Positions 22,005 through 36,100 of a stretch of 64,000 nt of DNA are shown here, in pieces (position 1 is the first letter of the stretch; every line of letters begins with the position of its first letter). The DNA lies in assembly GCA_023231475.1 (NCBI GenBank), contig JALJEE010003214.1:1-64000 (forward strand), given 5' to 3'. Position numbers and translations under genes: made by a program. The notes below the pieces were generated by a model. It searched no databases. It was not told the origin of the DNA and saw only the letters and a list, made by a program, of their open reading frames with translations. Source of the stretch: Seison nebaliae (Eukaryota).

Positions 22005-25000
22005 CGGAGAAATAGTGAAATAAAATTTTTTTAAATAAAATTATCTCGCGACAACTTTTTGCCATTTGACATTTAAGGAAAAATTAAGGGATAATTAATG
22101 GGAGAGATTGAGAGTCAAATATTCTCATGAAATCCGTCAATTATGTTTGGAATGTTCAATCGTATTTTTTCATCTTATTTCGTCCTCTCTTCATTTATCG
22201 AATGAAGAAAGGAGGAATGTTTTATTCTTTTCAATTGTAATTACGATAAATAAAAATCTTTCTAATTCTTTTAATTTTGTCCTTCTCCCATTGTTGTTGG
22301 ATAGTTGATAGAGAAAACGAATGGCAAACTAGGAAATGGCATGAAACATGCAATTGATTTGTTTCTCTATTAATAAAATTCTAAACAGGCAATTGGTTGG
22401 GAGAAAAAAAAGTTTTTTAATAAATTACCATTTTCCCCATTTTTTTCCGTTCGTCACTTCGGATTTTGTGTTACATTCGTTTCTTTTTCATTTCCAATCT
22501 ACTCCCCCATTCTTATTAGACTAGACTGACATTCTTCAATTGTTGTTACTATTGTTACTGGCTTCTTTCGTCCTCACTAATAATTGAACGGTTCGATGAT
22601 TTTTTTTCTCGTTATCATTATTTCTTTTTTCTAGTATGTGTTACGTTCGAAAAAAATGGTGGAAAGTTATCCGAATTTCTTCATTTTCTCCTATAATTCA
22701 TTTATTAATTATATTTCTTTCTCTCCCAGTTAGTTGTATCGAGTCTCTAGTCAAGCTAGAGCGCAAGTGATTCAACTCAATTCTATCTAACTTTAATCGA
22801 AATGAAATAATTTTAAACACATCTCCACACATCAAAACACAATGTGGATGATATACAATGAATATTATTCACATGAATAACATTCAATAGAGACATAATG
22901 ACATATAACCTGATATCATGTTTGATTGATGAATATTGAACGAGACAAGATATCTGCGGTTCTTCATCGAAATCTTTTAAAAATATTTATTCTCCTCTAT
23001 AACTTCCTATAAAACTGAATTGTTCGATTGGAAATTGCTCGTCCATTCGACAAGAAAAGTAAAAAAGAAAGAAAGATCTTTGAGAAACAGTTTCCCTAAT
23101 CGTTGTTCGCGATTAGAGAGATCCCAATTACAATTATATAACTATAACGCTTCATAAGATAATTTGAGTAGAAGATTCTTTTCAATTGTTTCTCCATTTC
23201 TATTATCTTCCAAATCATTATCGATGAATGAGGATATGAGAATATTTCCGGTTAGCATTATTAGGAAATTCACTTTCTTCTGCTCCTCCCCCAATTACCA
23301 TTGTGACGATGATTATGTGTGAGCAATGTGCGTTATGAGATAGATAAATCATTCGCAATCTTATCTGGAAAAAGGATTTGGTAACATATAAAAATGATGA
23401 AAATGTTTCGTTTGGAAAAAAATAGGACAAACAATTTTTCTCAATCGACCGCGACCGATAGCTATTGTCTGAGCATGAATTACCATCGGAAAAGTGGTAG
23501 AAATAGTCATTAGCCATGGTAAATTCGATATTCGTATTTATTGAGTTCGACGTAGAGTGGAGTGAAGTGAATAGATGATTGATGCGAAATGACGTTTCAT
23601 TTCGAAAGTTTCTTTGTTTTCAAGTGATTGGTAGAATTAAGAAAAAGTTTTCGATTAATCACAAATAAATTTTCGCGAGATATGATGATAAATCTTATTT
23701 ATTCTCCTTTTCGTTCGATAGTTTGCTGAAAACATCTTCACTTCTTCTACTAACAATTTTTTGATGTTCTTAAATGGTTGTTCGGAAGTTTTTCGAAGTT
23801 TTCTCCGAAGTCATTTCTCTCATGTCCCAAACACAAATGAAGTAGATATTTGAAGAAATGAGAAGAAGATTAGTCGACCGAATAACTCAACATCTTCAAA
23901 GAGAAGACAGAATAATCGAAATATACCGTTAATCGATTATCTTACTCTAAATACTTGATGTTGATCGTTATGTTTGTCGATAACGGACATAAACGTTATC
24001 CATCATCATCATCATCTTTATCGGCAGACGCATACGTTCAATCATTCTATTTCAAAATGTTTGCTTAATTGGACATTTTTCCCTTATTTTCTGCATACTC
24101 AACCACATTCTCTATCAACGATCAGAATTCGTTCCAATTTCTTTTTGAGATCTTTCTTTGGTGTTATCACAAGTCAAATATTCGTTAAAATGAAATTTAT
24201 CTTTCACTTCTCTTCTTACCATCAACCCAGTTCTCTAATTTACTCGTTTCAATATGTAATCTATAAATATTTATCAATACTTAATTACACATAATCATCA
24301 TCATCTATACTTTATTTATTCTATATAATGATTATATATTATAATGATCGATATAATGTATATCGTTACATTTTATAACCATATTTTAAAGAACCGTTAG
24401 AAGATTTTTATTAATTATACGCTTTGATCATATTAACTATTAATAGTAAAGATGTGTTAATATTTAATGGAGATAAATGAAAAATCTTCACTGATATTTC
24501 CATTCTTTCAATCGATTTTCTGATATGATAAAAAAGTTGGGAAGGATATCTGTATTCTGGAGGTTAATGACTTATTTTGAATGAAATTAGACATATCTTC
24601 CTCAAATTTCTTTATTCGTTATTTACTACTGCCATTATTATGATTTTATTTGTATTCGTTCTTAATATTATATACATTCGATTGATAACTTCTTAACTTA
24701 TTAATCGAATATAAATAATAAGTTATTATTTTTTATTTTTGACCACTTCTCAATCTTACCTAATCTTTTGGATAATTCTCATTTTTTCATTAACTTTTAG
24801 GACAGTTCTCAACTGAGATAATTTCTTCTAGTGATACATATTGGGTCGCATCACGTGACAATTCTTTATATTGATAAAGCAGAATATTGGAGATATTTTT
24901 AAATCGACATTATGTAATATTATCTCATTGATATAATTGACAATAAGATTAATGTGCACATCATCAAAACTAGTCACGAACTTACGACAACAATCATCGT

Positions 25001-27408
25001 AACCATCTGATTTTGACCTGCACGAAACTCATTCATTATAATCGTTTAGAAACTTTCAATTCTCAGCAGGTGTTCTTAAGAACTGATCTGAAAAAAGTTG
25101 TTTATCATTTTGTCCTTGACAAGGACTCCTTGTCTAATCCCTCACACATCACTTCAATAACTTTCCAATGTCTTTCCTTCAGAAATTATAATGGAAGATT
25201 TAAGAGTTTTTCCACGAAATCAATCGAGGAACAACATCTTCAACTGTGGTGGTCGAATTCTTGATAAAATATCGAATTCACTTCAAATACATCGTTCCCA
25301 CCAGAAATTATTGGTGGAACATGAAAAAATTTACGAGTAATAATTTCCATTTCTCCTGCTTAATGTTCGTCGAATAATTTTTTTTCGTAATTTTCAACAA
25401 ACGATCTAATTATCCATTTTGTTGCCAATTTAGCAAGTTTAATTTGAAAAGAATCAATTCTTTCGCGTCTGCTTAGTATAATGTTTTCCTTATTTCTTCT
25501 TTCCATTGAGAGAAACGAAGTCGATGTGGATAATAATTATGTAATTAAACTATAAAAGAGTATAAGAATGAAGGAATTTTGTAAGAAGGAGAATGAGAAT
25601 CTAATCGAAATGTCGTATGGAGGAATGACGTAAGAGATATGATTAAGAGTAGAAGAAAACGTCAAAATCGACAAAGATGAAATGAAATTCCATTAAACTT
25701 ATTGAGATGTTAGTAATGAATTGAAAGGAAGTGAATAATGAAAATGTGACATGTTATTAGAAGATGAACAATTAATCCATCTCATCTCAAATTACCAATA
25801 AATAATTTCAAATCTAATCTGACCTTCTCCCATTAGAAGGAAAGTCTGATGAGAATAGAATTTGCATCATCTTCTCAATGATCCTCCGGATTCGAATACC
25901 AATACCTAATTGGTTATTTCGTAGGAAAATAATTTAATTAGAATTGTTATTTTCTCATCTCTATATTCATTCGCCATCCCTTCGCCATCCCTTCAACATT
26001 GTCGATGACATTCCATGAAATAATATTTCTGAGATATTATTCCTATTAAGTTTCCATACTATTTATCATGTGGACATTTAGTATCCAGCACTTGAACGTC
26101 ATACATATTTGTTGAATGGGAAATAATAAAATAAACTCTGCACTTAATTTGCTCATGTAATTCGACGTCACATTTTCCCCAAATTACTTTTTGACATCAT
26201 CTTAGATCCGCACTCGTCTCACTTCAGATTTGCCATTCATTTCCCCTTCTGTCTCTCTTAATAACTAGTCGGCTTGGCGAAATTTTGAAGATCCATCCTA
26301 CTTGCCTATTATCTTACTTCATTCAATCGATAATATTCCCAGTGAGATTTTCTCACCCTTCTAATTCCGTCAAAATTGAGCTCATCTAGGACAATTCATC
26401 CATTGAAACTTCTTATTAATCGGACAGCTTGTTACTGATATTATGAATCATTACAAGTCTATTTAGCAAGCGAATTATCATTTAATTTGTTTTTCGAAAT
26501 CGATTAAATGATATATCTGATTATTATATGAGCGAATTGAATCATTGTGACGATATGGAAATCAAAAAATTGATGAAGAAGAGAATTGTCGTCAAGTGAA
26601 ATGATGATACGGAAATTGTCTGAAATTGTTATGGAGAAAGTGTCGAATAAGAATTTTGTATTAACATGTATGTGTCATATTGGAGAGTGAGGAGGAATCG
26701 TAGAAATAATGAGAGTTATGGTATAAGGAGATTCGATGTTTAAGAGGAAGAAGAATGACAGGATTTTCCACTTTCAATCACCTCTCATCCAGTTATTGAT
26801 TATGAGGAATAATTTATGTTGACTATGATAACTATTAATTAGGAGAGGAAAAGAATAAATTGTGGAGGAAAGGTATTCGTAGTAAATCTACTCTTATCGA
26901 TAAGAAGATTGTCTGAATGAAAAACAGATGAATCGAATTTGATGAAATGAATCCTTCACCAGTAATTGATATGAATATCATTCATTCTCATTCACTAAAA
27001 AATGAATTTCATAAGATAATTCTTCTAATTCGCTCATCTTCTTTCGACCATGAATGGCATTCTTTTCCTTTACACACACATATATTCCCCCACTCCATCA
27101 ATTCCATTCCCCCAGTTTATTTTCCTAAGAAAACAGTTGTCAATTTCGTATTTTCATTAATTTCTTTCCATCTTTTCTTCCTCCCAACTCAGTGTTCATT
27201 CTTTCCATTTTATTCAGGCGAAAAAAAGACATATCGATCCAAATCGATATCGACACATCATTACCAATTCTATCATTTAGATTAATAATCTTTGGATAAA
27301 TGGTGAGAATGTTGGAATGAATTGAAACGAATTGGAATCGTTTATAAAGATCAAATAACGATAAAGATAGTTTTAATGACGCTGTTGCCTCTTCGGTATT
27401 GATTGATC

Positions 27409-30123
27409 ATGTATGGGAAAAATGAGAAGAAGAATCATGAAATGAATTCGGAAAGAAATAACGATTTTACTGAAGATGAGATTGGTGAAGAGGAGCAAGA
27501 TACTAATAACGATATAATCACATTATGTAAATGTCGAGTTTTGTATTTGGGAACGACATTGATCGATATCACTACATCGAACAATACTGAGGGATTGGAC
27601 TCGATTCAGACGCCACTTTCCCGACGATATCCTGTCAATGGTGGTAACGCCATACATGCAGTTGATGCTTGGTTAACCGTTTATTCGAATGGACTTCAAT
27701 TGTCTTTCTGTCAAGGGACGAATGGACTCATTTTCTATCCAATTCGTGCCCTCAAATATTGTGCAGCCGTTCGATATGCTCAAGTGAATCAAACCGGACA
27801 ACAATATCCGGAGGGATGGCGATTCGTTTTATTAGACTCATTCGCTGCCGAACATCCCAAGAACAATTCTCATCCTCCGATTTTCAATGTGCAATTCATA
27901 AGAAATCGTCCCAATTTACCAACGACGATCGAATGTATCAGTTTCATCGCCAAGACTCGTCAAGCCGCTATCGCTTTAGTGCACGCATCGATGCACTCGT
28001 ATCACAAGACGATTGAAACACAATCATTAAGTAAGGTACCGTTATTCTTCGCGTATGATGATAATGGATCGAAGAACGCCGAATATGACGACCATATACA
28101 AATGGTGAATGCGAACGATGATGAAAACGGTTCTGATTATATCAACGACGCTTCCTACTCCGGTTACTTCTATTTGCCGACAACCGTCCAAATTGATATT
28201 TGGACGTTGTGGGAAGAATCAGATAAGATACCTAAGCCACCGTCAAGTCCTCGTAATAAACTGTCAATTTGTCAAACGAAGAATAATCGTTACCATACTG
28301 ATGATAATTCAGATGATGATAATGTCAATGTGAATCCAATCAATCATCTGAAGGATGATAGTTCCATCGAATCGTTAGATCTGCTTAATAATAACAAGAA
28401 AGAAAATAATTATTATAAAGCACAAATGGCGTTGGAGAAGTTGAAGAAGAAATCGAAATATCGATCAAGATCAAAAAATCGACTTCAATCTCATCTCACC
28501 ACATCCACTTCATCCACAAATCTTATCAATTCAGATATCGGATCATCGATCAATGAGTCGAATAAACGTCCAACAAAAAATTCCAGTTCATCCATACCAT
28601 CTTCTTTATCGTCATCATCGTCATCATCATCATCATCGTCGTCGATAAATTCATCATCGACAACTATTTTGACGTCGTCTTTTTCCCAAGAACATTTGAC
28701 GTCGTCGACGAAAAAAAAATTGAAGAAATATAAGAAGAAGGAAACGAAAAAGAAAAAACGATCGAAGAAGAAACGTCATGAAACGAAAAGTAGATCGAAG
28801 AGTGAGGATGGAGTTGATATGATTGATCCATATACGCCAGCGGAGAACCTGTATATGGTGGAGAAAGTATACGATCCAAAACATCCCAATCACGACATAT
28901 ATATCAGATGGCTTCGTCCTAAAGAACCGTCACCGATGAAAGTTGTGATTTGTGATAAGGAGAATAAATCGAATGAAATTATAACTAAATATGTGAAGAA
29001 AACGGACGAGGAGAATCCGAAGATAATTCAAGAACAATATTTGACGCCAGATTTATTGGAGAAATTACAAACGACATCGAACAAAAAATCAGAAGATCAT
29101 ATCGAATCCGTTCCACAGGCGAATATTAGAGAGAAATCTCTTACTAATCATGTGAGTTATGAGAAGCATCATAAGGAGAAAGATGTGGATGGAGTAAAAG
29201 AAAAAAGTAGAAAAAATAGAAAATCGAAAAAATCTGATATGAAGTTGAATAATAATAAAAATTATAGTCCATCGAATATCCATCAGAAATGTGAAATGAA
29301 GAAAGCAAATGGAAAAGTAGATGGAGGGAATGATCATAATTTAGATTCGATCGGATCCATTCCCGCTTATCTCCAATCATCACTTCAATTAAATGATAAT
29401 ACGAAGAAAGTGAAAGGTCATTCACATAAAGAACGTTCTCAATCGCAGGAACCATTTAAAATAATGAACGATTCATATCGATTATCATCGAATGATAAAT
29501 GGAAGAAAAGTAATAAAAAACATAAAAAAAGTCATCATCATCATCGTCATCGACATCATCATCGACATCGACCATGTTGTAGTCGATCCACGAGAGATGG
29601 TTCATTGGACGATCTGTCTGATATGAACGAATATGAGAAGCAAGAACAATATTTATTTCCCGAAAATTCTATGCACGCTAATGACCATTATCATTATAAT
29701 GACGCTCATATCGATCATCCACATAATCATTACGATACGTCAACAAACGGATGTACTTCTCCATATCGGGATGACGGTGATGGTCGAGTCAACGACGATT
29801 TATGTGACAAATGTATCCATTTCGGTTGTCAGGAACATGTGGCAAATAATGAATGTACATTATCGAAAGATATAAGAAATAAAGGATGTAATTGTCATTC
29901 TCTTCCATACAATACTCCCAGAGAGGACGAGAACAATTGTTTCAGTAGTTTAGCTAATTCACTTTACAGTACAAATTCGACATTTCAAAATAATTGGAAT
30001 GATCATCATCATCAAAAACCACCAACACAACAACAACAACAACAACAACAACATTCATCATTTCAACATTCTCATCCGTCTCATGCGCAACATCTTAACG
30101 CTCAACAAGAACAATCGCCAGTG

Positions 30124-30154
<31 letters not shown>

Positions 30155-30618
30155 ATCAACAACAACAAAACCATCAATTTGCCAATCATTTCACTCAGTC
30201 CAATATGAATAGTCCGTCGACATTGAAACAATCGATGTCACAAAACAATTTATCTCAATCACAACAATTTCCGATGTATCAACATCAATCATCAGCATTC
30301 GGCCATGACATGTTGCCCAATAATTATCCTCAACAAAACCATAGTCATTCTTCACATCCACATCATCATCCACCTCCACCAACTCATAACAACGTCGGAT
30401 TTATGACCAACCATCCACAATCTAATCAAACGACTGATCGTCATTTGGGAAATGCTGCAAAAAATCCAAATTTCCAACATTTACACAATTATGGTGCGTT
30501 AGGTGCCGATTCTCATTTCCATCAACTCTCACATCGAGTCACACAACAATATGGTGGGGAGAATGCCTATGCCACCAAGTCATCCGATCAAACTAATGAC
30601 TTTCATTCGTATTATTAA
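27409..30618 (+). CDS. Protein with N-terminal PTB/PID-like domain and long Ser/Lys/His/Gln low-complexity tail
   Basis: CRVLYLG...DAWLTVYSNGL...FYPIRALKYCAAVR...HPPIF...ECISF...AAIALVHASMHSY resembles a PTB-fold family I recall from spiralians; 3.2-kb open frame. Confidence 0.7.
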
Positions 30619-33135
30619 AAGCATTTACATTTGGACATGTCATTTCGACATTCTTTACATTCATCTGTTCATAAATATCATTTCCATCGATGGCATTCTC
30701 CTTCTACTCAATCTCTCCAATATTTCACGTTGTCAAAACATTTAAAATATAAACATCATTTTATTTTATTCATTCCCATCATTCATCAAATCTCTTCATC
30801 CATCAATTCTAATCTAATCTTTTCTTACAGATATCTAATAAACAGATCTTTTCATTTTCCACTGAAATCCTTTCCGTTTAAGGAAAAACATAAACTAATC
30901 TCAAAATTTTTTAATTTCTCAACTTTTTATTTTACAATCATCTGGTGACCAAACGTTAAATTTTCATGAATATTTTATTTGGAAACGAACTATGAGAAAG
31001 TGAAAATGAAAGAAAAAAATTTTGAAAGATCTTCAATTTAAAAATGAGAATTTATTATACGTACTAAACACCTTTACAGCCTTAATGAAACTATCCGATG
31101 AAATTGCACAAGATAAATTTTAGTAGAATAACTGGCAAATAACTGATTTTGTATGAAACTATTAAATGCTAGTAATGTACGGATTGCTCATTGAAAGTAG
31201 TATTCAATGAATACTATTCATAAATAAATGAATAAAATTTTATAGTTTTTTTTAGAAGATTGTTCATTCACCTCATACTTTACACACAGACGAATTAAAG
31301 TAATTCTTTTTACATTCATTCATCCCCGCAATATGGTACCCTGTTTAAGGGAAGCTGATCATGGTTAGTTCTTAGATCACGACCACATTATAGTTTGAAA
31401 GTTTGAATATTTTTTTTTTGAAAAACTGTATTTATCTTATTTATACATATTCTGTTTGAAAAGCTTTCATATTTGTTTCAGGAAATTTTCGATCAGAATA
31501 TTGCCTAACGAACGAAGATTAGTATTAGAATCAAAGTTCCAATATTGATACATCGCATTATCGTAAGTTGACGAATGCTTAATGATTGCGCTAACTTCTC
31601 CAGGTAATCGATTTGGTAAAGAGATGATGATAACGTTATCAAAAACCTTTCGGGTTAATAATGTCCTAATAAGCCAATGTTATGTTATCGAGATAACGGC
31701 ATCATCGACCGTTACATTCCAAGAAAGAGTTAGTTCGCATTCTATTATATCAGCATGAAGAATCACTATCAAAAAGGAAAGCAATTTTCCCCAAAAAGGT
31801 AAAAGGTAATCAAAACATTGAGGTAAAACGAAAAGAATTCAATCGAAGAATTCCCTCGAAAAAATAATTGAATGAATTGCACTGGTTGCAGGGAAGAGAA
31901 AGGAAATTGCGACGATTCAATATTCTTGAGATGATTAACATAACTCCCAAAAACCAATAACGGCAATAGTGGAAATTGCAAGATGATGAATATGAGAACT
32001 CTAGAAAATGGACGAATAAGACGAAATAGATATCTCACACAACGATTGTATGGTGGAAAGTTGAACACTCATATACAGATCGTCACAGAAAATTCTAAAC
32101 AAATTAATAAGTTAAAATACATTGTAAGTTTAATCTAACTAATAAATAATATGTAATATGTACCATCAACAAATAATGAACTCACAATGTTGTCAGTTAT
32201 GAAATATAATAGTATAATATGAAGTAATGAAAAACAGTTCATTGAACTGTTTTTCCTTGAATCATCTTGAACTTATCACTGATAAGATGTACAGTGATCT
32301 ATCCCATTTTCTTTTTAATTTACCTCAAGGGGTTTTGATTTTATAAAAAATAAAAAATAAAATAAACATATAGAAATCGAACAATTTTAATTCGAATAAG
32401 CATCAATTTTCTTTTATGTGTCAAACTTTTAAGGATGAGAAGATGTGAATAAATCGTAAGATGGTAATAAATAAATTGTTTATTTAAAATAAAAAATTGA
32501 AACAGAATGAGTTGAGAAATGAGTAGTATGAGGAGCGTGCGGTACTCTGTTGTTAATGTTCGGTCGACTGATATGTGTTCGGGGAAGAAGGAGAGTGGGG
32601 GATGGTGGTGATGGTGGTGGTAGTAGTTAGTGGAAAAGAAGAATGAGAAATAATAATGTTAATTATCAATTTGCATAGCGTAATACACGTTGGATAATAC
32701 TCGAATTGAGGAGAGGCTAATCTATATTGGGAGAGAGAGGTGACAACAGTCACATCTGGGACGTCACATTAGAGACTGTGGAAAATGAGAAGAAATAAGG
32801 AAATCTATTAGTAGATAAATAACCGGCGATCAACTTAATGCATCGATTTGTTGTCGATTGATCGAGATGGATGTGGGAAGACATGTCTCGTCACTTATCC
32901 GATTGTCGATGAAGTGAGAGGAAAAGATAATGTGAAAATGGATTTATTTGAGGAAATATTTCATGAAATAATCATCATCTTGTTCGACGAGATGAGATTG
33001 TGATATGTATGTAGAAAAGATGCGTATATAAATTGAGAATATTCGTAGAATTAAAGCGGAGAAGTTTGAAGAAAATAATGGAAGATCATTTCATTTCATT
33101 ATCGTTCTTAATGACTAAATGACGTTATTCAATTA

Positions 33136-36100
33136 TCACATGTTCATAAACCGTCGACAACATTCCATGACTCGTGCTGCATAATCCAATGCTTGTTTGC
33201 ACATTTCTATAAGGGAAAAATTAAATTAATTGGACGATTAGAAAAGGGGGAGAAGAAAAGGAAGAAAAACCTGATGAGCAGATATCAAGAGGAGAGCGAG
33301 TGGAGGAAGGATAAAGTAATTTGTCTTTCGTTCTTCCTACTAACAAATAGAAGCGTTTCGTACTTTCTTCGATTTCTGGAGATAATCCCTTCGACAACAG
33401 AGTTAGATCGGTGAAGAATGTCAAATTTTGTTCGTTCATGTAAAAGTGACACGCTTTCAATATCAGTTCGACCGCGTGTACTGCTTTGAAGCAGACCCAA
33501 TCATTCGCTGCCGATGTCATGTCTCCATTTGTCGTGATGAGATCGTTCGTTGTCGCATCATAACAATGTTGAGCGTGTTGGACATATGCTTTCGCTGTCG
33601 TCTGCATTCGCATCGCTTCTTGAGGATCAATATTGTCATTACTTCTCTGATGTTGATTATTGTATTGATAATTGGAATCGAATGGATCTAAAGAAGAAAC
33701 GGTAAATAAAAACGGTAAATAAAAATAATGAACTTTTCGTACTGGCATCTTGATAGAATTTCTGTTCTTGTTGTTGTCGTTGACGATAAGCTTCAGCGTA
33801 AGATTTCCTCGAAGCGTTAGGTCGATTCGATTTCGGATCGTTCTGATTCTTATTGTTATCAGTGGAATTGTATTGATAATCCGATTCGTATTTATATTTA
33901 TTCTCTTGAGCATCAAAACATTCAAAGAGCATTGATGTCGGATTGGTCGTATATTTAGTTTCGATGACGGAAATATATTTGAAAATTTCGTCAGCGAAAT
34001 CCGTATGATCCTTCAAATGTTTATCGGGATGCCAACGGAGTCGTAATCGTCGCATTTTCGATTGTCTCTCAGATTTGGTTGGACGATCGAGAATGTCTTT
34101 TATTTCGATGAGAACACACGCCTTAATATATGTGAGAGCATCGTCTTTCGTTTTACCGTTATAGAGAGGTGAATAAAATGGATAATCATTCTTTGAATAA
34201 TCTTCATGAAGATCATTCGGTTTCTTTTTATTAGTCGATTCATTTTCCGTTTTCGTTTCTGATGGTTTTTCTGATGTTGTCTCTTTTTTCGTATCGGTCG
34301 ACGTTTTGGTTGTTGATGGTTCTCGCGTTAAATCGGATTGAGAAGAATAAGTGGATGAGGAAGAGGATGATGAGGAAGATGATGATGGAAATGGTGACGA
34401 TTGACGAAAATTGTCAGATGATTTTTTAGTCGTTGACGGTTTTCTCATAAAATCATTTTGATCAAATGCTGTTGTCGTCGCTTTCTTATTATATCGTTTC
34501 TTCTGATTCTGTTGTTGTTGTTGTTGTCGTTGTTTGACGTTGGTGAACCAGGAATCATTTGGAAGAACTTTAGTGGCGTCATTAATTCTCTGAACAGAAT
34601 GACGGAAGAGAAAAAGTTGAGGAAATGTAATTCGAATGATGAGAGTGGAAAGATCGTTGATTGTCATATTTCCTGATCTCGAATTATCTGATGGTTCCGT
34701 CTTCGATGATTTCATATGATCCTGTTCACACAACAATCGACGATTTATTAATAAATCACTTCCATGTGAATTGATTAATGATGAAACGGATGGCATTATA
34801 CTCGCCAATTCTTTTGAATCATTCAAATTATCTTGATGATTATGATGATTATGATGATGGTGATGATGATGATATCGTTGATCACCATTTATTATTTTAT
34901 ATGATTCCGATGTGGCATCTTGATTGGAACGTTCATTAATATCTAACAAATTCTCCGATGTCGAACGTTGATGATGAGATGAATTATGATATTTCGATGA
35001 ATTGAGAAATAAACTGGAAAATTCTTCAGAATTCTGTTGTTGTTGATGATGGATGGGAAGAATGTATCGATCATTGAATGAATGTTCATTCAGATCGATA
35101 ATTTCACGATCATTCTCCATATTCGTCGATTGATGATGACGAATGATTTGTTCTTTAGCGATGGATGAATAAATCGTTTTCATTTGATTATCATTAAATG
35201 ATTTACGGAGGACGTTTGGCATCTGATCTTTCGATCGAGACGAATCATAAAGTTGAATATAAATATATTTATTCGAATATTGAACGATACGACAGAGAAT
35301 TCGTTGAATATATTCACCATTTCTTTCGATTTGTGCATCCTCACAATCCTCGTTGATTTTCGAGAAATTCTCATGTTGCTGATACGATTGGAAGAGTTCG
35401 GAACCGGCGGAGATTATTTCACGAATCTCGTCATTATAACAACGACATTTTATCACATACATATCGTTTATGTTGAGGAATTTTTGATAAATATGAAAAT
35501 TATTCAATGGAGCCGTAGTAGTAGTAGTTGTTGTTGTTGTTGATGATTTGATTTTGGCTCGTTCAACTTCCATCAATTCGGAGAGTGGCATCAAATAAAG
35601 AAGATCATCATCACTAATATCATAACGGAGCATAAGTGACATATGTTTCTGTTTATCTTTCAACATATCTTGATTCACTTTCTTCTCACCACCATTCATA
35701 CCGTTTAATGATAATAATTGATATCGATGAATACGTTTGGTATGGAAAGATGAGAGAATGGTATTGGAATAATGGGAACCAGATGACGGAATATAATTTA
35801 GATCAGAAATCGCTCTCAAATATTCCTCGTTCTCATCAGACGATAATGAATTCGTATAATAATTGGCAAGGAAGGTAGACATATGTGGAATGGACGTGGC
35901 CAACAATGAGGAGAAGACGCTGAGATCGAAAATCATATCGGAGAAAAGGAGAGACAATTCGGTGGCGAGTGCCAAAGGGAAATAATTTCGATCCGCATAA
36001 TTGACATTGATGAAAATTTTATAACGGAGAATCATTTCTTTCGATGATTTCGTCGGCAAATGTGACATGATATTATCCTCGTAATAATAATATAAATGTG

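Noticed and set aside
31490..32070. Hydrophobic minus-strand reading-frame pieces suggesting a membrane-protein pseudogene
   Set aside because: Multiple stops and frame changes with no recognisable motif; T-rich DNA gives hydrophobic translations by chance.
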